This document shows, one piece after another, positions 40,850-48,290 of a DNA stretch of 64,000 nt. The stretch is from a virus. The position numbers were made by a program, and so were the translations under genes. The notes below the pieces were generated by a model that worked only from the letters and a program-made list of their open reading frames with translations, was not told the origin of the DNA and did not search any database. Each line of letters starts with the position of its first letter. The stretch's first letter is position 1. The stretch is taken from the IMG/VR virus record IMGVR_UViG_3300025093_000009, positions 52,158 through 116,157 of that record; one strand, given 5' to 3'.

Positions 40850-42031
40850 ATGAAAAGATATTTAATTCTGTTGGTTCTTTTCCTGTCATCATATGCTGTA
40901 AATGCCCAAGGTTTCTTTGACTCTCTTTACAAAGATTTCTTAAAATTTGGGACTGTATATGGTGCTGGTGATATTAGTAACTCAATAGAAGCATCTGAGC
41001 CAACTTATTTTGTTAGAACCAATCCCAATGGTAGTATATATGATATACCCGTTGTAGAAGATAATACACCTCAATACCCATTTGATTATAGATTAGGCTT
41101 TGGTATACGTAAACTAGCTAGGTTTAATTATGAAAGAAAACCTAGAAACTTTTATGATGGTACTGAGACACAACTTGCTTTTACAGCACCAACTTCAGCA
41201 TTTCAAGGATTAGAATATCAACTACACTATGAGAAAGAAAGGTGGAGAGGGGAGCACTTTGATAATAATAGATACTTTGTAAAACACACAGGTAAGTATC
41301 ATATAGTTAAAGCTGAGTCAAGAGAAGTAGGTAAGATCAACTTAAAGTATCAATCAGCAGAAGCAAGACTAAGGTTGCCTATAGGTAAGAAGTTTAGTAT
41401 ATCTGGCGGTGCAATCTACCGTACTCATGACCGTGCTTATGGATATAATCCAATTGAGATCTGGTTAAATGAAACTGATGAGGATGGGTTTGCAGTAAAC
41501 CCTTGGTACACTTTAGGTTTTATATATGGGTATGATGATATATTCTATACTGAAGAAGATGAAAATGGTAATGAAGTAAATGATTGGTATTGGATAGATC
41601 CAGATGGAAACAGAGTTGCAGATACAGATTTAGAATTTAGAGAAACAATCTTTAGAGATTTAATGAATAGATATAATAGAGAAGCATGGTCAACTCTAGA
41701 TAGATTTGGTGAGATTGCTCCTATAGTAGGATTTGATTATTATCATTATAAAAACAATTTCTGGTTGCATGCCTATGCTAACTGGATTCTTCCTTATCAT
41801 AAGTATATACAGGGGGATGAGCAGTGTTCTTATTTAAATAGAAACAATTGGGGTAAAGGAGGTTTAATTGAAGACTCACAATTTGAACAGTGGTCTGATT
41901 ATTCTTTTGGTGCAAACTTGGGATGGAAGGTAGGAAAACACCTTGGTGTGTTTATAGAGGGAGAATATGCAAAGATGTGGGATAGTGAACTATTCAATAC
42001 ATCTTTTGGACTTAATTATACATTTAGATAA
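40850..42031 (+). CDS. predicted outer-membrane beta-barrel protein
   Basis: Sec signal peptide (MKRYLILLVLFLSSYAVNA|Q), aromatic alternating strands, C-terminal beta-signal-like 'FGLNYTFR'. Confidence 0.6.
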   Translation: MKRYLILLVLFLSSYAVNAQGFFDSLYKDFLKFGTVYGAGDISNSIEASEPTYFVRTNPNGSIYDIPVVEDNTPQYPFDYRLGFGIRKLARFNYERKPRNFYDGTETQLAFTAPTSAFQGLEYQLHYEKERWRGEHFDNNRYFVKHTGKYHIVKAESREVGKINLKYQSAEARLRLPIGKKFSISGGAIYRTHDRAYGYNPIEIWLNETDEDGFAVNPWYTLGFIYGYDDIFYTEEDENGNEVNDWYWIDPDGNRVADTDLEFRETIFRDLMNRYNREAWSTLDRFGEIAPIVGFDYYHYKNNFWLHAYANWILPYHKYIQGDEQCSYLNRNNWGKGGLIEDSQFEQWSDYSFGANLGWKVGKHLGVFIEGEYAKMWDSELFNTSFGLNYTFR

Positions 42032-42032
42032 A

Positions 42033-42437
42033 ATGAAACAGAAAACAAACGAAGAGATATTAGCTAAAATAGAAATAGATAAAATTGAGGCTAAGAGCAC
42101 AGCAAAAGAAATAGCATCAAAGCATTTAGGCAAGCATGCTATAAATTATATAACAGTATTAGTTGTAATAGGTGTAATAAGTTCTACAGCTTTAGAAGGT
42201 GGGGCACTAACAGCAGTTATTGGTTTAGTATCTACAGCAGCAATGGCACTGATAGGTATATTACAACATATAGTAGGTGCAAAAGAAAAAGAAGAAAAGC
42301 CTGAATTAGAAATAATTAAAAGCTTAATTAGAGAGTTATCTGATAAAGAAGATGATCCAATGCAGGTAGAAGTAACTGACTCAGATGTAACAGTTACAAA
42401 AGGTGAAAGCAAAGTAACAGCAAGTAAAAAGAAATAA
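42033..42437 (+). CDS. two-TM inner-membrane protein
   Basis: Likely start ATG 42033 just after the upstream stop. Two hydrophobic helices (YITVLVVIGVISS; AVIGLVSTAAMALIGIL). Confidence 0.6.
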   Translation: MKQKTNEEILAKIEIDKIEAKSTAKEIASKHLGKHAINYITVLVVIGVISSTALEGGALTAVIGLVSTAAMALIGILQHIVGAKEKEEKPELEIIKSLIRELSDKEDDPMQVEVTDSDVTVTKGESKVTASKKK

Positions 42438-42438
42438 G

Positions 42439-42729
42439 ATGGCACAGACACCCCCACAGATAGGAGAGCAAACAAAAGTAACTTTAGATCTAAAAACTAT
42501 AGGTATGATTGTGGGCTTTGTAATTTCATTATCAACTATGTGGTTTACACTTAAAGCTGATATTGCATTAGCTATGGAGAGACCAGAACCTGTTATTGAA
42601 AGAGTAGAATATGATTTAAAAGACGAATTAGTAAGAGAAACAATAATGACCACCCAACAAGATGTTGAAGAGATTAAAGCAACGCTAGCCAAAATGGAGG
42701 AGCGTTTATATGAACTTAGCAAAAAGTAG
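42439..42729 (+). CDS. single-TM protein with C-terminal coiled coil
   Basis: 96 aa. TM 'IGMIVGFVISLSTMWFTL' followed by heptad-rich 'VEEIKATLAKMEERLYEL'. Confidence 0.65.
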   Translation: MAQTPPQIGEQTKVTLDLKTIGMIVGFVISLSTMWFTLKADIALAMERPEPVIERVEYDLKDELVRETIMTTQQDVEEIKATLAKMEERLYELSKK

Positions 42730-42731
42730 TC

Positions 42732-43133
42732 ATGAAAACATTCCTACTCACACTGATAACTCTACTAGTAACAACGGCTTTACATGGTCAATCTTGGGTT
42801 ACAGATGAGACAATAAATGATGCAATTTCTAGTCATTCTGGTTTTGATGATCATGATGAAATTGTAATTATAGAGTTCTATGCAGAATTCAATAAAGATA
42901 ACGCATTTAAAGACAGAGAAAAACTATCCGGTGTAACATATTATATGTGTGATGTAGCACAGGCACCACAATCTAAAAAACAATATAAAATAAGAATGGC
43001 ACCAACCATTCTTGTATTTTTAGACGGGTCTGTTGTATTGCAATACAAAGCAGGACTAGACTTACAGTGTCCAGTTACTTTAGCTGAGCTAGAAAAAAGC
43101 ATTGCTGAGGTACAAAAAGAATCTCAATTCTAA
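42732..43133 (+). CDS. secreted thioredoxin-fold protein lacking CxxC
   Basis: Signal peptide. 'IVIIEFYAEFN' replaces 'DFWAxWCxxC'. 'YKIRMAPTILVFLDG' is the cis-Pro region of the Trx fold. Confidence 0.7.
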   Translation: MKTFLLTLITLLVTTALHGQSWVTDETINDAISSHSGFDDHDEIVIIEFYAEFNKDNAFKDREKLSGVTYYMCDVAQAPQSKKQYKIRMAPTILVFLDGSVVLQYKAGLDLQCPVTLAELEKSIAEVQKESQF

Positions 43134-43149
43134 AAACAATCAATAATAA

Positions 43150-43776
43150 ATGCAAAACATACTTTTCACCCTGGCATTCCTGCTTCCGGTATGCCTCTCC
43201 TCTTCACAAATATCAACTTGTGATGTAGAACTTCTCAACCTTGATTGGGATGCAAAACAAATAACCTTAACTCTTAATGATAATAATTGTATAAGTACTC
43301 CTGACTGGGTGCCTACAAATGATTCAGTTTATGCAATACAAATGTTCTTTTCATTTGATGGTTATAACTGTAGTATAGCATCTAACAACAATAATTTTTT
43401 ACCAAACCTTGGTCTAAATGATACCACCACCTATTCTATATCAGAGTGGGCTGATGCATTTAATTGTTTTGACTCAGCATTTGAACACTATATTGAAACG
43501 TGTGAAGCTGTAGTTGGTGTAACTGGTGCAAATAATACAATCAACATAGACGCAAATGGCAGTAATAACTACATAGGTTATAATCCTATATGGGATAACT
43601 GCTATGAAACTGTGTCTGTAGTTGAGGTAAATAAGAAAACCCTGCATACCATATATGATAGACAGGGTAATCTTATACTAGAAACTTATGATATTCCTTG
43701 GTCAGAGATGCAAGGTTTATACTTGATCAAGCAAGATAATATCATTTCTAAACACTTTGTTTCTGAAAGAAATTAA
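43150..43776 (+). CDS. secreted Cys/Asn-rich protein with T9SS C-terminal sorting domain-like tail
   Basis: Signal peptide. C-terminus 'TIYDRQGNLI...GLYLIK...SKHFV' resembles the type A Por secretion tail but lacks YPNP. Confidence 0.55.
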   Translation: MQNILFTLAFLLPVCLSSSQISTCDVELLNLDWDAKQITLTLNDNNCISTPDWVPTNDSVYAIQMFFSFDGYNCSIASNNNNFLPNLGLNDTTTYSISEWADAFNCFDSAFEHYIETCEAVVGVTGANNTINIDANGSNNYIGYNPIWDNCYETVSVVEVNKKTLHTIYDRQGNLILETYDIPWSEMQGLYLIKQDNIISKHFVSERN

Positions 43777-43976
43777 TTCCCCTCTGGATTTTTATTTCTT
43801 GAAGCTACAAGCTCCTGATAGTGGTCCTTGGAAATAGTAGTTCTTGTTACAATTACTACTTTGTCTTCATAAATGACAGCTTCCCTTGTTGTTTTGGGTG
43901 TCTCTGATATCAACTCTTGTGTAGGACCACAAGACGCAAAAGTTAATAACATCACCATTATTACTAGATTCTTCAT
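43773..43976 (-). CDS. small predicted lipoprotein
   Basis: MKNLVIMVMLLTFAS|C lipobox, 67 aa. Confidence 0.65.
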   Translation of the reverse strand: MKNLVIMVMLLTFASCGPTQELISETPKTTREAVIYEDKVVIVTRTTISKDHYQELVASRNKNPEGN

Positions 43977-44030
43977 AATGTTAAATTAATGTTACTATAC
44001 TATAAAGATACGGTAAAATAATAAGATTTC

Positions 44031-44369
44031 CTAACTTGTGAAGAAATGAATTGTCCAAGCTATTAGTCCATTTAACTGTAATGCAACAAGATTCCATTGT
44101 CTTCTAGTGCTTACTTGTATTAGTACAAGGATAAATCCTACCATAAAAAATATAGGTTCAACAGACCATTGACCAGCAATAAGAAAACCTGTCCCCATAT
44201 ATCCAGCACGACTTGCTAGTCTTTCTACAGGTGTTAGTCTTCTATCACGAACCATCATTCTAAGAACGTCACGCCACCAGTTGTATTCACATTTACGGCA
44301 TGTCTTTTTACTTGCAGTCTTAAAAAACCAATCAGGTCTTTTTTTCTGACAAACGTTACAGGTCTTCAT
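44031..44369 (-). CDS. zinc-ribbon plus multi-TM small membrane protein
   Basis: Likely start MKTCNVC (44369). CxxC...CxxC followed by about 3 short hydrophobic helices. Confidence 0.55.
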   Translation of the reverse strand: MKTCNVCQKKRPDWFFKTASKKTCRKCEYNWWRDVLRMMVRDRRLTPVERLASRAGYMGTGFLIAGQWSVEPIFFMVGFILVLIQVSTRRQWNLVALQLNGLIAWTIHFFTS

Positions 44370-44556
44370 CTGCATAATAAATTGAGTCTTTGTATCTCCA
44401 TCTTTCTCTTTCATCATTAATAGAATCTTGAATAGTATATATATGCATACTATCATCAATTATCTCCCAATGTAAAACATTAGGATCATTATCCGGGTGA
44501 TACTTAGCTTTACAACCTAGGCAAAGCAAAAGTAAAAATAAAAATTTAACCTTCAC
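44356..44556 (-). CDS. small predicted lipoprotein
   Basis: MKVKFLFLLLLCLG|C lipobox, coupled to the end of nrdA. Confidence 0.55.
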   Translation of the reverse strand: MKVKFLFLLLLCLGCKAKYHPDNDPNVLHWEIIDDSMHIYTIQDSINDERERWRYKDSIYYADEDL

Positions 44557-46171
44557 AACTTGAACATTCTAATATATTTCTAGCAAAGTCTTGAGCACTA
44601 CTCTTACTAAATTGATAGTACAAAGTTTTCACGCCCTCTTCCCATGCATACAAATATAATTGATTAATATGCTTAGCAGATACAGATGGATCAATCATTA
44701 AGTTAAGTGACTGTGACTGATCAATATACTTTTGTCTCTGTGCTGCTTGTAATACAATCTCTTTTGGAGAGATCTCAACAAAAGATTTAAATACAGCTTT
44801 AGTAGGAAAGTCTAAATGTTGAACACTACCATCTTTACTTAGAATAGACTTCCAAGTTTTATCCGTATTTAATCCGTACTTCTCAAGTTCTGCTTCTAAG
44901 AATGGATTCTTATAAACTGTTTTAGACTTAGCAAGATCCTTGATAAAGTAATTTGACTTAATAGGTTCAATACCCATAGATACTGCACCATGGATAAATG
45001 AACTAGACTTGGTAGGAGCAATAGCCATTAGTGTAGTATTAGCATAACCCTCTCTTAAGCATGTATAGCCCCAATCATTATGAAGCTTTCTAGAAGCAAT
45101 CTCACTTCTATCTTTAAGAGTTCTAAATATTTCACTGTTTAATCCTTTAGCTTGTAGTGAGTCAAACTCAATAAGCTTTGATTGAAATAATGAATGATAT
45201 CCAAGAACACCTAATCCAATTGCTCTATGTTTTTCAGCAAAGTTATATGCTCTTTTCATACCAGGCATGGTTTCAGCTTTAATAATAAACTCATCCATTA
45301 CAGCATTTAAGAAATAAACATATGTTTCAATTGCATCTGTTTCTTTAATTTCATCCCAGTGTAATAAATTGATAGAACCAAGACAGCAGACAAAAGAGTT
45401 ATAGCTATCTGTAGGTAATTGTATTTCTGAGCAAAGATTAGATGCCGTGATCTCCATACCAAGCTCTTTATAAGGAGAGTTGTTATTTGTATTATCCTTA
45501 AACATTATATAAGGAAATCCAAACTCTGATCTACGCTGTATAATCTTAGCCCATATTTTACGCTTCTTTCTATCACCAGCTTTCATCTCTTCCATCCATG
45601 CATCAGTAACTGTAACACCATACTGTAAATTTTGTATTGGGTTTCCCTCAGTACCAATATCTAAGAACTCATCAATATCAGAGTGCTCAACTGGTAAGTA
45701 TACTGCACATGCACCACGTCTAGCTTCAGATTGTTTACATACATCTACTACAGTGTCATACATTCTAGCATAGTGTATGGGTCCATCTGCATGACCACCT
45801 GTTGATATTACACTACCTCTAGGTCTAATGTTACCTAGGTAAGCACTTGTTCCTCCACCATACTTAGACATCATACCTATCTCACGTCCTGCATTAAGTA
45901 TACTATCTAAATTATCATCTATGTTTGATCCATAGCAACTAATAGGTAAACCTTTTTGCTTACCAAAGTTAATCCAAACAGGAGTAGACAAAGAGTAAAA
46001 CCCTCTTGCCATATAATCCTCAAACTTTTCTGCAAATCCTTTTATATTCAAATACTTTTCTGCTTTTATAGCAATGTCTTTGATTCTTTGTTCTGGGGTT
46101 TCTGATATATATCCCCTTGATAAAAATGTGCGGCTGTCTTCATTCAGCCAATAGTATTTATTATATTCCAT
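44546..46171 (-). CDS. nrdA: ribonucleotide reductase class I alpha subunit (no ATP cone)
   Basis: 'ISCY', 'SNLCSEI', 'VCCLGS', 'AIAPT', 'TLYY' and C-terminal 'CSSCEG' are all present. 541 aa. Confidence 0.95.
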   Translation of the reverse strand: MEYNKYYWLNEDSRTFLSRGYISETPEQRIKDIAIKAEKYLNIKGFAEKFEDYMARGFYSLSTPVWINFGKQKGLPISCYGSNIDDNLDSILNAGREIGMMSKYGGGTSAYLGNIRPRGSVISTGGHADGPIHYARMYDTVVDVCKQSEARRGACAVYLPVEHSDIDEFLDIGTEGNPIQNLQYGVTVTDAWMEEMKAGDRKKRKIWAKIIQRRSEFGFPYIMFKDNTNNNSPYKELGMEITASNLCSEIQLPTDSYNSFVCCLGSINLLHWDEIKETDAIETYVYFLNAVMDEFIIKAETMPGMKRAYNFAEKHRAIGLGVLGYHSLFQSKLIEFDSLQAKGLNSEIFRTLKDRSEIASRKLHNDWGYTCLREGYANTTLMAIAPTKSSSFIHGAVSMGIEPIKSNYFIKDLAKSKTVYKNPFLEAELEKYGLNTDKTWKSILSKDGSVQHLDFPTKAVFKSFVEISPKEIVLQAAQRQKYIDQSQSLNLMIDPSVSAKHINQLYLYAWEEGVKTLYYQFSKSSAQDFARNILECSSCEG

Positions 46172-46182
46172 TGGTTTAGTTT

Positions 46183-47163
46183 TTAAAATAGATCATCAAC
46201 TGTGATGCTCTTACTTTTCTTATTATAGTCTATGCTTTTCTTGTAGAAGAAATCACCTTCTTTGGTACCAGTGATCTCAATATCAAACCACTCAACAGAC
46301 TGTAGCTTTTCTTTATCAACTTCAAAAATAGGATTCATACCTATTTTCTCTAGAGAGTTGTTAAATCTGTTTTTTATAAAGTTATAGATTGTCAGCTTAG
46401 GTAAAAAGTCAAGTTCACCTTGTTCAAAAATCCAATCTAATATACCACATTCAGCTCTATATGCTTTTCTACAAGCAGAATAAATCAACTCTTCAAACTC
46501 TGCATCAAACCACTCTGGGTTTTCTTTTTTAATAATATTAATAATCTCAGCACCAAAGTTACCATGTATTTCTTCTTCTTTGCTTGTAGCTTCAACAACA
46601 TTAGATATACCTTTAAGTACATTTTTATCTTTGTTAAAGCTCATCATGATTAAGAACTGACTGAATAAACTTACGTGCTCTATAAAGAGAGAAAATAGTA
46701 ATACTGATTTAGTATACATTTTATCATCTCTAGAGCGGGTACCATCTAAGTACTTCTTTAAGTACTTAATTCTGTTAGCAATTGCTGGTACCTCAACAAC
46801 ATTTTGAAACTCTTCTTCTAATCCTAAGATTCTTAATAGTCTAGCATACGCATCTTTATGTCTAACTTCAGACTCAGCAAATGTAAATCCTACATCTCCA
46901 ATCTCTGTAATTGGCATACGCTTATACAGGTCACCCCAAAAAGTTTTAACGTTTACTTCAATCTGTGCAATTGCTAGCATGGTCTTTTTAATGACATCAC
47001 GCTCTTGATCTGTTATAGTGACTTTGAAGTCTTGAATATCTTCTGTAAAATTAAATTCTGTATCTATCCAGTAAGAATGTCTGATAGCATCTTTGTATTC
47101 TAAAAGTTGAGGATATTCATAAGGTAAAATATTTGTTCTGGGTTTGAAGATGTTTTTGTTCAT
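46183..47163 (-). CDS. nrdB: ribonucleotide reductase class I beta subunit (class Id/NrdBi-like)
   Basis: Ferritin-like ligands 'AQIEVNVK', 'EVRHKDAY', 'IEHVSLFSQF', 'EEEIH'. C-terminal 'SITVDDLF'. Confidence 0.95.
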   Translation of the reverse strand: MNKNIFKPRTNILPYEYPQLLEYKDAIRHSYWIDTEFNFTEDIQDFKVTITDQERDVIKKTMLAIAQIEVNVKTFWGDLYKRMPITEIGDVGFTFAESEVRHKDAYARLLRILGLEEEFQNVVEVPAIANRIKYLKKYLDGTRSRDDKMYTKSVLLFSLFIEHVSLFSQFLIMMSFNKDKNVLKGISNVVEATSKEEEIHGNFGAEIINIIKKENPEWFDAEFEELIYSACRKAYRAECGILDWIFEQGELDFLPKLTIYNFIKNRFNNSLEKIGMNPIFEVDKEKLQSVEWFDIEITGTKEGDFFYKKSIDYNKKSKSITVDDLF

Positions 47164-47311
47164 AATGATTGTGTATTAAGGATTAAAAAGCCCCATTCCT
47201 CCTTAGAAAAATGCGGCTGTCAGATATATATAATTTAAGAAATGCTAATGACATACAAAAGTTAATTGACCCTTTTTATTCTCACTTATGTAAACTTTAA
47301 CTAAGTTAAAT

Positions 47312-47396
47312 TTTGTATATTGAAATGAGTAGGCTTAGCAAAGATAACATTTATATATGTTAATCACTTTGTTAAGTCTCACAAAATTTGTATATT
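47312..47396 (+). promoter_or_regulatory. two copies of the TTTGTATATT motif in the divergent nrdB / late-operon spacer
   Basis: Copies at 47312-47321 and 47387-47396. Confidence 0.5.
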
Positions 47397-47425
47397 ATTA
47401 ATATAGTAGTTTAAAATACATTATT

Positions 47426-47677
47426 ATGTTTAAAAGAATCATCAGAGTACTATGGACATTTGGCCCAAAAGATTATTGGGACGGATTATGGTCACGTACA
47501 ACTATTGACGAGAAAGCTGAGGCTACTCTTGTTGAGATAGTTAAAAGATATAAGCTTACAGCAGACGAATTAGCTGATGTAGGTAAAGCAATAAAAGAGG
47601 TAGGTAACCAGTTAGGTCACGTACCAAAAGCTGTTGCAGGCAAGACAAGAAAACGAGTTAGTAAAAAAGCAAAGTAA
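47426..47677 (+). CDS. hypothetical protein, basic C-terminus
   Basis: 83-aa ORF after the divergent AT-rich intergenic region. Confidence 0.65.
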   Translation: MFKRIIRVLWTFGPKDYWDGLWSRTTIDEKAEATLVEIVKRYKLTADELADVGKAIKEVGNQLGHVPKAVAGKTRKRVSKKAK

Positions 47678-47811
47678 TGGCACGCCTACAAGTAGCTGTA
47701 TATGAGAAACCCTCAAAGAAAAAAAGACCGGGGGTTCATGCAAAAAGTAAAAGTTCTAGTTTGAAGTCAAGCAAGAACTATAAAAAGAAATATAACGGAC
47801 AAGGACGATGA
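47677..47811 (+). CDS. 44-aa highly basic peptide (not in ORF track)
   Basis: MARLQVAVYEKPSKKKRPGVHAKSKSSSLKSSKNYKKKYNGQGR. TAATG overlap with the upstream stop. Confidence 0.7.
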   Translation: MARLQVAVYEKPSKKKRPGVHAKSKSSSLKSSKNYKKKYNGQGR

Positions 47812-47909
47812 GACAAGTATGTTTATTTATTCAATGGATATCACGTGGTAAAATCTGTATGGGTTATTGCCGTCAAGGTCTTTGTAAAAAAACCAAGAGT
47901 AAGATATAA
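47808..47909 (+). CDS. 33-aa Cys-rich basic peptide (not in ORF track)
   Basis: MRQVCLFIQWISRGKICMGYCRQGLCKKTKSKI. ATGA overlap upstream and TAATG overlap downstream. Confidence 0.55.
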   Translation: MRQVCLFIQWISRGKICMGYCRQGLCKKTKSKI

Positions 47910-48052
47910 TGAATTGGAGTTTGGAAATAGCTTTCCATTGGCCACATGATAGATTTGCATTAGGTTGGGAATTTATGGCACCAGATGAAAAGCATGATTA
48001 TACTACAGTAAAAGTTTATTTATTAATTGTAACTTTTACTTTGGACATTTAA
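47909..48052 (+). CDS. 47-aa aromatic-rich peptide (not in ORF track)
   Basis: MNWSLEIAFHWPHDRFALGWEFMAPDEKHDYTTVKVYLLIVTFTLDI, translationally coupled. Confidence 0.65.
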   Translation: MNWSLEIAFHWPHDRFALGWEFMAPDEKHDYTTVKVYLLIVTFTLDI

Positions 48053-48062
48053 TTTTTTAAAG

Positions 48063-48287
48063 ATGGGTAAGAAAAAACATCAGGGTTTAAAACCTCAAAA
48101 AATGACAAGACAACAAAGTAAACTGCTTATGAGAATAGGTGGTGAACTTGCTGAAGAAGATATTATGCTTGGATCTATTACTCAAAAAATGAGAAAAGGT
48201 GGCGGTGCAGAAAGAATTGTAAAAGATTCAAAAGGCAGAGAAAAAAAACAGCAATATAAAATGGGAGGTTGGACCCACTCAGAATAA
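48063..48287 (+). CDS. small basic protein with three xxGG motifs
   Basis: 74 aa with LMRIGGE, KMRKGGG and QYKMGGW. Confidence 0.65.
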   Translation: MGKKKHQGLKPQKMTRQQSKLLMRIGGELAEEDIMLGSITQKMRKGGGAERIVKDSKGREKKQQYKMGGWTHSE

Positions 48288-48290
48288 GAT

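Noticed and set aside
42732-43133. Redox thioredoxin serving the RNR
   Set aside because: It lacks the CxxC motif and has a signal peptide, so it would not be a cytoplasmic RNR reductant.
42439-43976. i-spanin/o-spanin pair (TM-coiled-coil protein plus lipoprotein)
   Set aside because: The genes are on opposite strands, not nested or adjacent, and far from the holin. Cannot be excluded but is unsupported.
46183-47163. Class Ic (Mn/Fe, Chlamydia-type) R2
   Set aside because: The first ligand is Glu, but the radical-position Tyr is retained (HKDAY), whereas class Ic has Phe.
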